Assembly (NCBI GenBank): GCA_964407105.1
Contig: CAYOUG010000001.1
Coordinates: 8,059 to 72,058 of the forward strand
From: an uncultured Candidatus Saccharibacteria bacterium
GTDB lineage: Bacteria; Patescibacteriota; Minisyncoccia; Phycocordibacterales; CALRHW01
Length of the DNA: 64,000 nt
Direction: 5' to 3'
Shown here piece by piece: positions 20,104-30,611 of the stretch. The position numbers and the translations under genes were made by a program. The notes beneath the pieces were generated by a model. That model saw nothing but the letters and a program-made list of their open reading frames with translations. It searched no databases and was not told where the DNA came from. The first letter of the stretch is position 1. Every line of letters begins with the position of its first letter.

Positions 20104-20694
20104 TTACTTTTGAAGAACAGAAAACCGAGAAAATCGGGCTATTTCAGTCTTCTCACCAAACTTCTGTATTGCACCTTCAACGAGCTGTCTTATAGTAAGA
20201 TCTGGATTTTTAATAAACGCCTGATCAAGAAGTGATCGTTCTCCGAAATAAGAATTGAGCTTTCCTTCAAGAATTTTTTGCTTTAGATCTTCTGGCTTAC
20301 CTTCTATATCTTTAGTAAACATTTCTTCTGCCGCTTTTCGCATTTCTTCTGGAACTGAATCCTGCGAGAGATATTGTGGGTCGCTAGCAACTATATGCAT
20401 TGCGATATCATAAGCAAGCGTTTTAAAATCTTCGTTTTTTGCAACGAAATCAGTCTCGCAAAGTAATTCAACCAGAGCTCCAACAGAACCCGTAGAGTGA
20501 ACGTACGCACGCACCACACCAGAACGAAGTGTTCGATCTGTTTTTTTAAGCGCAGTTGCTTTGCTATTTTTTTGAAGAACCATTAAAGCCTTGTTCATAT
20601 CCCCACCAGCTTCTTCTAAAGCTTTTTTGCACTGCATCACAGACACACCTGTTTTATCTCGCAATTCTTTAATTTGATTGGTCGTAATGTCCAT
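20104..20694 (-). CDS. tsf: Elongation factor Ts (short form)
   Basis: IKELRDKTGVSVMQCKKAL, ELLCETDFVA. Confidence 0.95.
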   Translation of the reverse strand: MDITTNQIKELRDKTGVSVMQCKKALEEAGGDMNKALMVLQKNSKATALKKTDRTLRSGVVRAYVHSTGSVGALVELLCETDFVAKNEDFKTLAYDIAMHIVASDPQYLSQDSVPEEMRKAAEEMFTKDIEGKPEDLKQKILEGKLNSYFGERSLLDQAFIKNPDLTIRQLVEGAIQKFGEKTEIARFSRFSVLQK

Positions 20695-20721
20695 ATATAT
20701 ATTATGTAAAAAAACACTTAT

Positions 20722-21429
20722 TTAATCTTTTTTTGCGTTTTTACCAGCCTTGAATGCAGAAGCGATTTCTCCTACTACATAGTTTATTGTATGAATTGAT
20801 GAATCGTTTGCAGGAATCACATAATCTACATCAGCAAAATCACAATCTGATCCAGAGAGGCTAACAATTTTTATATTGTTTTTCTTTGCTTCCGCAATAG
20901 CAATATGCTCTCTTTTTGAGTCTACCACAAAAAGAGCCTTAGGAAATTCTTTCATTGGAATCAGTCCTGAGAAACTTTCTTGAAGATTTATAATGTCGCG
21001 ATCTATTAAAAGACGTTCCTTTTTTGTATATTTTGCAAGTTCTCCTTTTTCTTTTTTTGCTGTAAGATCTTCAAGTTTTGATACTCGTTTTCTAATTTCA
21101 GGAAAGTTTGTAAGAGTACCACCAATCCATCTACCAGCTACATAAGGCTGACCAAGAGATTGCGCTGTGTTTAAAACAGCTTCTTTTGCTTCACTTTTTC
21201 CACCAACAAAAAGTATCATACCGCCAGCAGATGCTATTGATTCGATAAATTTTTTCGCTTCCTCGATTTTTTCTTGTGTTTTTTCAAGATCAAAAATCTC
21301 TACTTTGTTTTTTACTCCAAAAATAAAAGGCTTTGCAGAAGGGTGTCGGCGTGACTTTGTGTAAGCAAAATGAGCGCCTGCTTTAAAAAGGTTTTCTATT
21401 GCATTTTTGGGTGTTTTCTGTGCTTCCAT
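20722..21429 (-). CDS. rpsB: 30S ribosomal protein S2
   Basis: AGAHF, RWIGGTLTNF, IPANDSS. Confidence 0.95.
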   Translation of the reverse strand: MEAQKTPKNAIENLFKAGAHFAYTKSRRHPSAKPFIFGVKNKVEIFDLEKTQEKIEEAKKFIESIASAGGMILFVGGKSEAKEAVLNTAQSLGQPYVAGRWIGGTLTNFPEIRKRVSKLEDLTAKKEKGELAKYTKKERLLIDRDIINLQESFSGLIPMKEFPKALFVVDSKREHIAIAEAKKNNIKIVSLSGSDCDFADVDYVIPANDSSIHTINYVVGEIASAFKAGKNAKKD

Positions 21430-21484
21430 AGGTAGAAAAGAGTCTATCAAATTATGCTTATAAGCGCAATGGTCTAGCCATATC

Positions 21485-22468
21485 TTAATCTTCGTCGTCT
21501 TCTGCGTTTCCAACAACACCTCCCTCACTGTATTTTTTACACGCCTCAATAATTTGATCCAAGTTTCCAAGAAAAATCTGATTGATATTGTGCCAAGATT
21601 GTTTTACGCGATGATCGGTGATACGGTCTTGTAAAATGTTGTAGGTACGAATTTTTTCTGAACGATCAGCTGTTCCTATTTGTCCTATTCGTTCTTTAGA
21701 AAGTGTTTTAACCGCCTCTTCTTCTGCCAACATTTCAAGTTTTGCCGCTAAAATACCCATCGCTTTTTCACGATTTTTTAACTGACTTCGTTCGGCAGTA
21801 GAACGCACATCTATACCAGATGGTTTGTGAATAATACGAACCGCAGTTTCCACCTTGTTCACGTTTTGTCCTCCAGCACCACCCGAACGAGAAAATTCTA
21901 TTTCTAAATCAGCTGGGTTTATTTCAATATGAACTTTTTTACGCATTGGCATAATAGCCACGGACGCTGTAGATGTATGCACACGACCCATTTTCTCTGT
22001 AGCTGGTACACGTTGAATACGATGCACACCAGTTTCAAAACGTAAATCTTTATATACATCTTGACCACGAATTTCAAAAGACGCATCTTTGTATCCACCC
22101 ACAGGACTTCTTGATTCATCTAATTTTCTAAAACCCCACCCACGTTTTATTGAATATTTTTCATACATTTCCGCAAGCTCTTCAGCAAAAAGTGCCGCTT
22201 CATCTCCACCTGCTCCAGCACGTATTTCAAGTACAATTTCGTTTGGAAATTCATCTTCTACTTCATCAACTTTAAGTATTTCATCCATTTGCGCAATCAA
22301 TGCAACTTTTTGATTTTCCAAATTTTTTAGTTCTTCATTTGCAAGTTCCGCCACAGAAGAGTCTTGAGCCAACATTGCTTTCACATTTTCCTCTTCACGC
22401 AAAAGAGACTGATAATGATCAGCCAAATAACTTGTTTTTACATTGTCTTTATATTTTTGAAGGTCCAT
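21485..22468 (-). CDS. prfA: Peptide chain release factor 1
   Basis: EIRAGAGGDEA, PAT recognition motif, GAGGQNVNK, RSEKIRTYN. Confidence 0.93.
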   Translation of the reverse strand: MDLQKYKDNVKTSYLADHYQSLLREEENVKAMLAQDSSVAELANEELKNLENQKVALIAQMDEILKVDEVEDEFPNEIVLEIRAGAGGDEAALFAEELAEMYEKYSIKRGWGFRKLDESRSPVGGYKDASFEIRGQDVYKDLRFETGVHRIQRVPATEKMGRVHTSTASVAIMPMRKKVHIEINPADLEIEFSRSGGAGGQNVNKVETAVRIIHKPSGIDVRSTAERSQLKNREKAMGILAAKLEMLAEEEAVKTLSKERIGQIGTADRSEKIRTYNILQDRITDHRVKQSWHNINQIFLGNLDQIIEACKKYSEGGVVGNAEDDED

Positions 22469-22539
22469 GGTGTTTAGTTTAACAGATTTAGTGTAGCAGA
22501 AATTTAATCTGTACACAGAAAATGGTCAAGAATAGGGCT

Positions 22540-22602
22540 AAAAGAAAAAGGACTTCCGAGCGGGTTAGCGTAGCGCTTTAGCGAGGAAGTCCTTTTTCTT
22601 TT
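22540..22602. repeat. Palindromic element, family 2, copy F (possibly also the rpmE terminator)
   Basis: 18 bp perfect arms 22540-22557/22585-22602 around the core GAGCGGGTTAGCGTAGCGCTTTAGCGA. Confidence 0.85.
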
Positions 22603-22606
22603 GCCA

Positions 22607-22867
22607 TTACTCTTCTTTCTTCTCTTTTGAATCCGAAACCTTTTTAGCTTTCTTAGGAAGAGCCTCTGATTTTGAACGTCGATTTTTAAACTTTTCTACA
22701 CGTCCTGCAGCATCAAGAACCTTTTCATTACCTGTATAAAATGGATGACATGCGCTACAAATTTCCACCGTGATTTTCTCTTTGGTAGATCCAATATTAA
22801 ATTTATTTCCACATGCACACGTCACGCTTGCCTTTGGAAAATACATAGGATGTAACTCTTTTTTCAT
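22607..22867 (-). CDS. rpmE: 50S ribosomal protein L31 (zinc-binding type)
   Basis: MKKELHP..CACG...[10 protein letters not shown]...GRVEKF. Confidence 0.95.
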   Translation of the reverse strand: MKKELHPMYFPKASVTCACGNKFNIGSTKEKITVEICSACHPFYTGNEKVLDAAGRVEKFKNRRSKSEALPKKAKKVSDSKEKKEE

Positions 22868-22944
22868 GGGCACAACTATATCAATAAAGGTGTTTTTTTG
22901 CAAGAAAAAGCTCGCAAAAAACACCACTTGGCTCGTGATTACTT

Positions 22945-24330
22945 TTACAAATTCTCTAAAGGGTCAATCATCGTGGTTTGAATCATTTCTGCCTTTGCCA
23001 TCACCTGATTGCCATAAAAAGCATTTGCTGGATTACTCCACGCTCCACCAGCGTAATATTTCAAAGCCGCGGTACGCTCCGAGGTATACGTAGCTACACC
23101 CGCACCAAGTTCACCTAGATAAATCCCCGAGGCCATAAAAGCATCTCGCGGTAACCATGGATTTGCTATGTTCTTTCCAAGTGCTGTGGCAATTTTTGTT
23201 TGATAACTCTCCCATGTGGTTGGAATAAATTGTGCGGGGCCCATAGCGCCACCCCAACCAGAACCCCAAGGACATGAAAGTGGCATAGATTCTGGATCTA
23301 AACCAAGAGCGTTTGTAATACGTAAATACGCACTTTCATCATCACGTTTTGAAAGTTTTTTAGCGATATCTGTGGGGCCGGGCATTATTTGTTGCCAATG
23401 TTTTGACGGAGGATCCTGAGGACGATTGCATGTTCCAATATTTTTTCCAAGATTTGTTTCTTGTGTCAGAATAGCCAAAAGAAATGCTGGGCGGACACCA
23501 GTTTTTTTAGATACTTCATTTGCATATGTGAGTGCGTCTCCAAATGAAATAGCGGCAGTATCTCGAAGTGCAAAAAGTGCCGAACGAATCTGGGCTGCTT
23601 TCAATTCCCGCTCTTTCAACACTTGGCCATATGTTTTTTCTTGCGTTTTACTAATGCCAAGTAATCTCTTTTTTTCAGCTTCGTTTGCTTCTACTTTTTT
23701 CTTCTCTGCTTCCACAACTGCTTTTGTATCTTTTTCCTGATTTTGTTTTAACGCAAGATCTTCTTTTTCTTTTTCTGTAAGATTTTGTGTAGTGCGTATT
23801 TTTTCAAATAAATCTTGCATTGACGCTTTTATGACATCGAAAGAATCTAGATCAGCAAAAAAACCAGACATGTCTTCGTTTGATAACACCATTTCTACTA
23901 TTGAATAGGAATCGATTTCGTTTGTTTTACGTACAATTTGTGAGAGTGATTCTTTGCTACGTTTTATTTTTTCTGATAAATCATCAATTGTTTTTTCTTT
24001 TTGGCCAATATCTTTACCGAGACGTTCAATGGCTAAATTTCTAGCTTTTATTACAAGCTTTGCTTCTTGAATTTTTGCATTTAAAATAGCAGCGTCACGC
24101 TCTAGAGAAGCTGATTCTTGTTGTTTTCCTTGCAAAATACCGCGCCACTGCGCAATTTCTTTTTCTGTTTGTTCGAGTTCTGCTTTTAGTTGTGCTTCAC
24201 GAGCGGCAATTATTTGTTCTGTATCAGACTGGATATCTGCAAATACAAATTTAGGTGTGGGATGATAGATATTAACACCCACAAAAATGGAAAGTGTAAT
24301 GGCTATGTATGATAAAAAGATGGGTCGCAT
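22945..24330 (-). CDS. Coiled-coil peptidoglycan hydrolase with a C-terminal lytic transglycosylase domain
   Basis: Signal/TM segment, long coiled coil, ILTQET and [13 protein letters not shown] motifs. Confidence 0.8.
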   Translation of the reverse strand: MRPIFLSYIAITLSIFVGVNIYHPTPKFVFADIQSDTEQIIAAREAQLKAELEQTEKEIAQWRGILQGKQQESASLERDAAILNAKIQEAKLVIKARNLAIERLGKDIGQKEKTIDDLSEKIKRSKESLSQIVRKTNEIDSYSIVEMVLSNEDMSGFFADLDSFDVIKASMQDLFEKIRTTQNLTEKEKEDLALKQNQEKDTKAVVEAEKKKVEANEAEKKRLLGISKTQEKTYGQVLKERELKAAQIRSALFALRDTAAISFGDALTYANEVSKKTGVRPAFLLAILTQETNLGKNIGTCNRPQDPPSKHWQQIMPGPTDIAKKLSKRDDESAYLRITNALGLDPESMPLSCPWGSGWGGAMGPAQFIPTTWESYQTKIATALGKNIANPWLPRDAFMASGIYLGELGAGVATYTSERTAALKYYAGGAWSNPANAFYGNQVMAKAEMIQTTMIDPLENL

Positions 24331-24381
24331 ACAAAAAAACACGCTATTTCTCACACAATATTAGACGAACGAATATAACAA

Positions 24382-25035
24382 TTATTTCTCTTCTGCTGGA
24401 GCTTCTACAGTCTCTTCCTCTTTCTTTCCTTTCTTTTCTACTTCAATAGCAGACAAATCAACAGGAGCTGAAACCTCTTCCACTTCTTCTTTAGCCTCAG
24501 CCACAAGTGCCACTACCTCATCAAAACCACTAACAAGATTAACACCTTCAGGAAGTTTTATGTCTTTTGCAATAATCTGATTTTCAAAAGTAGCAAGAGA
24601 AGAAATATCTACAACAATTTCTCGAGGTAAATCTTTTGGCATAGCTTCCACCTTGAGTTCTCGTAGTACTTTTACTAAAGTACCGCCCAAATCTTTTATT
24701 GCCGGTGCAACACCAATAAATTCAATAGGGATATCAACTTCAATTTTGTGACCTTTTTCAAACACATAGAAGTCTGCGTGTCGTGGTGTTTCTGTAACCG
24801 GATCAAGATCTACGTCATGAATAAGGGCTTCGAGCTCTTCCCCATTTGTTTGTTTTAAAACAACCACAGAAGATTCTCCTGCCTTTTTCCACACCTTCAA
24901 AAAATCGGAAAGTTTAATAGCGATAGGTGTAGATTTCTCTTTTTTACCATAAAAAACAGCGGGCACGGTGCCCTTTTTTCTAAGATCAGCAAGATTTACG
25001 GAAGTGTCCCGTGTTTCTACGTTTAAACTAAGCAT
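24382..25035 (-). CDS. rplY: 50S ribosomal protein L25/Ctc
   Basis: LRKKGTVPAVFYG, HADF, C-terminal Ctc domain. Confidence 0.93.
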   Translation of the reverse strand: MLSLNVETRDTSVNLADLRKKGTVPAVFYGKKEKSTPIAIKLSDFLKVWKKAGESSVVVLKQTNGEELEALIHDVDLDPVTETPRHADFYVFEKGHKIEVDIPIEFIGVAPAIKDLGGTLVKVLRELKVEAMPKDLPREIVVDISSLATFENQIIAKDIKLPEGVNLVSGFDEVVALVAEAKEEVEEVSAPVDLSAIEVEKKGKKEEETVEAPAEEK

Positions 25036-25072
25036 TTCACCATTATATATATGACGAGCAAAAAATCAATAG

Positions 25073-26056
25073 TTAAGAGGCCTTTACTTCATTTGGTGGT
25101 ATTTTACCCAAAGAAAAATCAATAATGTTTTGGGCAACTGTTTGAGACATTTCGTTGCGAGCTTCTGTTGTTGCTGAAGCAATATGTGGTGTAAGTACTA
25201 CATTTGAAAGTTTTGTAAGACCATCAGCAAGTCTTGGTTCAAATTCAAATACATCCAAACCAGCACCAGCGATCGTGCCATTTTTAAGGGCTGATACTAA
25301 AGCCCCTTCGTCCACCACCGGACCTCGTGCGGTGTTGATAAGAAAAGCGGTTGGCTTCATAAGTTTTAAACGTTCTTCATTTATGAGATGTTTGGTTGAA
25401 TCTAAAAGTGGCACATGAAGACTCACGATATCTGCTTGTGAAAGCAGTGCTTCTATTGTTTCCATCCGCTTTCCTTGTGATTTTGTTTCGATTGCTTCGT
25501 TTGGTTTTACGTCGTAATAAATAACATTCATATCAAAACCATTTCTCGCATGATAAGCTACTCTTTCTCCTATTCCGCCACCACCAATAATTCCGATAGT
25601 TTTACGAGTAAGTTGAAAACCAATAAAAAGTTCTGGATCCCAACCCTTAAATTTACCCTTTCGAACAAAAGTGTCTGCTTCTACAATACGTTCTGCTAGC
25701 GCAAAAATAAGAGCAAACGTGTGTTCTGCTACGGTTTCGGATGTTGTTTGTGGCTTACCTGGAGTGTTTGTAACAATCACGCCACGTTTAAAACATTCTG
25801 CGACGTCTATGTTGTTAAAACCAACAGCGAAGTTGGCAACGAGTCGCAAAGACGGCGCGGCATCAAGCACTTCTGCGTCCACAGTATCTGTAAGAAGAGA
25901 TAATAAAATATCATACTGATCTTTCTTGAGTTCCTTTTTGAGTTCTTTTTTTGTAAGGGGTCTAGATTTTTGATTTATTTTAAAATAAAAACCACGCTCT
26001 GTGAGCATTGTTAAACATGGGCCAGGAATATGTCGCGTAATGTATATTTTTTTCAT
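25073..26056 (-). CDS. D-isomer-specific 2-hydroxyacid dehydrogenase (glyoxylate reductase-like)
   Basis: VGFNNID, GxGxxG, INTARGPVVDE, LDVFEFEP, TPHIAS. Confidence 0.9.
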   Translation of the reverse strand: MKKIYITRHIPGPCLTMLTERGFYFKINQKSRPLTKKELKKELKKDQYDILLSLLTDTVDAEVLDAAPSLRLVANFAVGFNNIDVAECFKRGVIVTNTPGKPQTTSETVAEHTFALIFALAERIVEADTFVRKGKFKGWDPELFIGFQLTRKTIGIIGGGGIGERVAYHARNGFDMNVIYYDVKPNEAIETKSQGKRMETIEALLSQADIVSLHVPLLDSTKHLINEERLKLMKPTAFLINTARGPVVDEGALVSALKNGTIAGAGLDVFEFEPRLADGLTKLSNVVLTPHIASATTEARNEMSQTVAQNIIDFSLGKIPPNEVKAS

Positions 26057-26071
26057 AATTTGTTTAAATAA

Positions 26072-27709
26072 TTACTTATGTGCAATGTGGGCCTTCATAT
26101 ATTCAACAGTTGCGTCCACCTTTTTTCTGGGATTAAAGATATTGTTTGAATCAAAAATATTTTTGGTCTGTTTAAAGAGATCAATTATTTTTTGACTGTA
26201 CATTTTATTTAAATAAGGTGTCCTAATGATACCGTCATTGTGTTCACCTGAAATTGAACCCTTATAAGACGCCACCAAATCAAAAATCTTGTCTGAAACA
26301 ACAGGAATTAGGTCGTGGTTTTTTTGTTGTTTCATATCCATGAGTGGAATAATGTGAAAATTACCATTACCCGCATGACCAGCTATAGTATAGATAAGTT
26401 TATAATCATCAAGAATTTTACGCATCTTTGGAAGAAATTCTGGTAAATATTGTGGCTGTACCACTACGTCGTCTATAAACGGAGCGGTGCGCATACCATG
26501 TACGTGCTTGCGAAGAAGACTAAAGCTTTCGCGCCGAATCGTCCAATATTTCTCTGCTTCAGACACAGTTTTTGTGGCTCGCATTGTAAATTTAAAATGC
26601 TTAATTTTATCTGCAAGTTTTTTCATTTGTGCATCAATTTCCTGCTCATTGTTGCCACTAAACTCTACGAGTAAAATTAATTTTGGAATACCACCGGTAA
26701 TCATCATAAAAACTTCAGGAATAAAACTAAAAATAAGTTTGAAAAAACTACCAGTCTTCATGGTTTTAAGCATTTCTGGCAAAAAACGAATGGCGAGTTT
26801 CATCGTACTATCGTCGTAAGATTCTACGGATTCTGGATTGAGTTCAAGCGCTTCTTTTACCAAATCTCCAAGATTGGTAAGATCACGCAAAAATATGACA
26901 AAAAGTTTTGAATATTTTTCTACTGGTATCAAACGAAGTTTTGCTTCAGTTACAATACCGAGCGTGCCTTGAGAACCCACGATAAGTCTAGTGAGATCAA
27001 AAGTATTACCATCCCAAACATTCCACAAATAGTATCCAGCAGAATTTTTAGAGACTTGTGGTTTTGCAGATTTAATTTCTGCTTCATTTTTTGTAATCAA
27101 CTCAAAAATGTTTTTGTAAAGATTGCCCTCAAAATCACCTTGTGACATTTTCAAATCTAATTCTGAACACGAAAGAGGTTTTACTGTATATTCTTTTCCG
27201 TCTACAAAAACAACTTTGAGTTCTTCTACAAAATTTTCCATCTTTCCATAACGAAGTGTTTTTTCTCCAGCAGCGTTGTTGCCTATCATTCCACCTATCG
27301 CGCACAGATTTTTTGAAGCAGTAAAACATGGCAAAATTAAGTTTCGTTTTAATGTTTCTGGTTCAAAGTCCCGATAAAAAGTGCCGGGAAGAACGCGCAC
27401 AGACTGACCTTCAAAACCAACAATTCCTTGCATGTGTTTTGAAACGTCGGCAATAATAGATTCATTAATCGGCCCACCAGACATACAGCTTCCCGCGGCA
27501 CGCACAGTAATAGAAAGATTTTGGTTTTCTGATTTATGTTCTGCTACATATTTTGTAAGTGCCACAATATCTTTTGCGTGCTTTGGAAAAACCACCAAAC
27601 ACGGCTTCACCTCAAGCAAGCTCGCATCATGACTATATTGTTCGAGCGTTTTAGCATCATCAACACACTCCCCCTCAATCAAAGCTTGAATTTCTTCTTT
27701 TAGAGCCAT
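26072..27709 (-). CDS. FAD-linked oxidoreductase (GlcD/D-lactate dehydrogenase family)
   Basis: GGMIGNNAAG, GSQGTLG, GHAGNGNFH, SGEHNDG, IFNP. Confidence 0.88.
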   Translation of the reverse strand: MALKEEIQALIEGECVDDAKTLEQYSHDASLLEVKPCLVVFPKHAKDIVALTKYVAEHKSENQNLSITVRAAGSCMSGGPINESIIADVSKHMQGIVGFEGQSVRVLPGTFYRDFEPETLKRNLILPCFTASKNLCAIGGMIGNNAAGEKTLRYGKMENFVEELKVVFVDGKEYTVKPLSCSELDLKMSQGDFEGNLYKNIFELITKNEAEIKSAKPQVSKNSAGYYLWNVWDGNTFDLTRLIVGSQGTLGIVTEAKLRLIPVEKYSKLFVIFLRDLTNLGDLVKEALELNPESVESYDDSTMKLAIRFLPEMLKTMKTGSFFKLIFSFIPEVFMMITGGIPKLILLVEFSGNNEQEIDAQMKKLADKIKHFKFTMRATKTVSEAEKYWTIRRESFSLLRKHVHGMRTAPFIDDVVVQPQYLPEFLPKMRKILDDYKLIYTIAGHAGNGNFHIIPLMDMKQQKNHDLIPVVSDKIFDLVASYKGSISGEHNDGIIRTPYLNKMYSQKIIDLFKQTKNIFDSNNIFNPRKKVDATVEYMKAHIAHK

Positions 27710-27719
27710 GTTTGATTTG

Positions 27720-28589
27720 TTAATTTAATTTATTGAATATTTTTAATTTTTCTTCTGCCACTTTTTCTACAGCAAGAAGTGCTGGTTTTAAAATTTTATA
27801 TGGTGCCACCTCATCAGGATTTTCTTGTAAAAAAAGCTTTAGCGCATCACGGTATGCCACACGAAGCTCTGTGTTTATATGTACAATTCCTACACCAGCA
27901 TCAATACCATTTTGAAAATCATCGCTACTGTTGCCTGATCCACCATGAAGCACAAGTGGTACACCGGTTGCTTGTGAAATTTTTTTGATGCGTTCAATAT
28001 TTAATTTTGGATCACTTCCACCACGAAGCATGCCGTGAATATTGCCCACAGCAGGAGCAAGCATATCCACACCCGTTTCCTCTACAAACATTTTTGCTTC
28101 GTCCGAACTGGTAAGCATGTCTTCTCCTTGTGCCGCACCCTCTGGAATTTCATCTAAAATTTTTGATGACTGACCAATATATCCGAGCTCTCCTTCTATC
28201 ACTACATCACGACCACCTGACCTAGCATATTCAACACATTTTTTTGCCATCATGACATTTTCTTCAAAAGAAACTTTTGCGCCATCGAAAATAACAGAAT
28301 CAAAACCAGCGTCTATAGCCTCTTTCACTTTTTCAAATGAATATGTGTGATCGGCGTTTAGAAAAATTGGAAAATTGTGCTCTTCACGAATACTTTTCAC
28401 AAGCGCTACCGCCTGACGCACACCCACAAACTCTCGCTCACCTTCTGACACACCGATAATCACCGGCACATTTAGCTTTTTTGCTGCATTAAAAATCCCC
28501 CACAACGCCTCAAGATTTGAAATATTAAAATGTCCCACCGCCACACCTTTTTGCATCGCCTCCGCGACCGTTTCTCGTAATGTTTTCAT
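27720..28589 (-). CDS. fba: Class II fructose-bisphosphate aldolase
   Basis: NADH, EGELG, VGNIHG, LVLHGGSG, INTELR. Confidence 0.92.
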   Translation of the reverse strand: MKTLRETVAEAMQKGVAVGHFNISNLEALWGIFNAAKKLNVPVIIGVSEGEREFVGVRQAVALVKSIREEHNFPIFLNADHTYSFEKVKEAIDAGFDSVIFDGAKVSFEENVMMAKKCVEYARSGGRDVVIEGELGYIGQSSKILDEIPEGAAQGEDMLTSSDEAKMFVEETGVDMLAPAVGNIHGMLRGGSDPKLNIERIKKISQATGVPLVLHGGSGNSSDDFQNGIDAGVGIVHINTELRVAYRDALKLFLQENPDEVAPYKILKPALLAVEKVAEEKLKIFNKLN

Positions 28590-28761
28590 GGATATATAGT
28601 AACACACCAATGTGTAGACTATTTCCACATAAAAGAAAAAGCCCTGCACGCGATGTACAGAGCTTCCATTGTTTACGTTTTGGAATACGTTGCGACAACA
28701 TTGTCGCGAAGGACTAAGGTCAAGGGTTCAAGAAGACCCAAGGTGACCGAAGTCCTGAGTA

Positions 28762-29382
28762 CTAACTTTCGAAGCGAGCTGCGAGGCTGCGGCCGTCCCA
28801 GACGCTGTCGAGCCTGTCCCAAGGCACCACCACCTGGTCGCCGTAGCCGTAAAAATACGGGACGCAGCGACGGCCGTAGCGATCGCGTACGACGCTCTTC
28901 CAGCAGAAGACGACCTTTTTCCCGAACCGTTTCCGGAAGGTCTTGATGTCCACCAGCTTGGCGATGGCAAGTGCGTCGTGGAGACCAAGACATGTCTTGA
29001 GCGTGCCATTCTGACCAAGATGGTCGTAGATGACGTCGCCAGTCGTAGTGCAGCCATCCTTCTGGTCGTTGTGGAGCCAGAGCTTAACCCGTGTAAGGTC
29101 GTACTCGGTTGGACCGACAGACTCCAATTCTGGATGGAGTACCTCCGTTACCCAGTTTGGGTAAACGGGACGAATGGAACGGTCGACGCGGATGAAGGTG
29201 TTAGACGGTTCTTGTTCAGACGATCCGCTAACGATACCCTGAAAGATGTTTACGATCTTCTCAGGGTCACGCTTGCCGTCCAAGACAAGCTTGTTGACTG
29301 TCGTCTGAAGCTTCCAAAGCCGTGAAATCACAGCCGCTTCAGCGATTTGATCCATATCTTCTTTCGTCATACCATTACTCAT
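28762..29382 (-). CDS. Hypothetical protein in a GC-richer cassette with its own promoter and terminator
   Basis: AGGGGA SD; TTGACA-16-TATAAT at 29509-29482; hairpin plus T tract near 28665-28632. Confidence 0.75.
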   Translation of the reverse strand: MSNGMTKEDMDQIAEAAVISRLWKLQTTVNKLVLDGKRDPEKIVNIFQGIVSGSSEQEPSNTFIRVDRSIRPVYPNWVTEVLHPELESVGPTEYDLTRVKLWLHNDQKDGCTTTGDVIYDHLGQNGTLKTCLGLHDALAIAKLVDIKTFRKRFGKKVVFCWKSVVRDRYGRRCVPYFYGYGDQVVVPWDRLDSVWDGRSLAARFES

Positions 29383-29570
29383 GGCGTTTCCCCTAAAAAG
29401 AGTTTGCCCGCTACTTACAGGCATCTGAAGGGACGTATGGTTCCACAATAGAGCCACTATGTCCGAACAATTCCATTAATTATTATAAACTTTTTTTAAA
29501 AAATGTCAATATATCTGAGTAACCATTCTTCTATTCCTCCCACATTCACTTTTTATGCTACAATTTTCTC

Positions 29571-30572
29571 ATGTTCAAACAATTAGATTTTTTAGCTATT
29601 GGTGACACTGTTACCGATGCATTTATTAGACTTGAAGACGCGGACGTGCACTGTGATGTAAACCGCGAACATTGTAAACTTTGTGTAAAATTTGCAGATA
29701 AAATTCCTTACGAATTTGTAGAGGTGGTAAAAGCTGTGGGAAATAGTGCAAACGCCGCAGTATCTGCAGCTCGACTCGGATTGAATACCGGAATCATAAC
29801 CAACTTAGGAAAAGATGCTAATGGTGTGGATTGTTTAAAAGAGTTCAAAAGAAATGGCGTCTCAACAAAATACGTCACGATGCATCGTGGAATGCAAACA
29901 AACTATCACTACGTATTGTGGTTTGAAGATGAGCGCACTATTTTAGTAAAACATCAAGAATATCCATATTCATTTCCTTCAGCACGAGCACCAAAATGGT
30001 TGTATTTAAGTTCGCTTGCATCAAATTCTTTTGAATATCACATGCAGATTGCTCAATATCTTAAAAAAAATCCCTCAGTCAAACTCGCTTTTCAACCCGG
30101 CACATTTCAAATGAAACTTGGTTATGAAAAATTAAAAGAAATTTATCAACACACTGAAATATTTTTCTGCAACGTAGAAGAAGCAAAAAGAATTTTAGGA
30201 ATTTCTGAGGGTGAACAAATAGAAATTAAAGATTTGCTTAAAAAAATGCGTGAAAGCGGACCAAAAATTGTTTGCATTACAGACGGACCAAAGGGTTCAT
30301 ATGCTTTTGACGGAACGGATACATGGTTTATGCCTCCATATCCAGACACTAAACCTCCATACGAACGCACTGGCGCTGGTGATGCTTTTTCTTCGACCGT
30401 CACTTCTGCACTTGCACTTGGAAAAAATTTAGAAACGGCTCTTATGTGGGGACCTATTAATTCTATGTCTGTGGTGCAATATGTGGGCGCTCAAAAGGGT
30501 TTACTTTCTCAACAAGCACTCTTAGATTTTCTTGCAAAAGCTCCAGCAGACTACAAGCCAAGAAAAATTTAA
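29571..30572 (+). CDS. PfkB family carbohydrate kinase
   Basis: GNSANAAVSAARLG, ITDGPKG, ERTGAGDAF. Confidence 0.9.
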   Translation: MFKQLDFLAIGDTVTDAFIRLEDADVHCDVNREHCKLCVKFADKIPYEFVEVVKAVGNSANAAVSAARLGLNTGIITNLGKDANGVDCLKEFKRNGVSTKYVTMHRGMQTNYHYVLWFEDERTILVKHQEYPYSFPSARAPKWLYLSSLASNSFEYHMQIAQYLKKNPSVKLAFQPGTFQMKLGYEKLKEIYQHTEIFFCNVEEAKRILGISEGEQIEIKDLLKKMRESGPKIVCITDGPKGSYAFDGTDTWFMPPYPDTKPPYERTGAGDAFSSTVTSALALGKNLETALMWGPINSMSVVQYVGAQKGLLSQQALLDFLAKAPADYKPRKI

Positions 30573-30611
30573 TACACACAAATAAAAAACCTCGAGAATA
30601 ATCGGGGTTTT

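Noticed and set aside
28653-29325. Several overlapping alternative ORFs, also at 46154-47144
   Set aside because: Shadow frames of GC-richer genes, lacking SD or promoter support.
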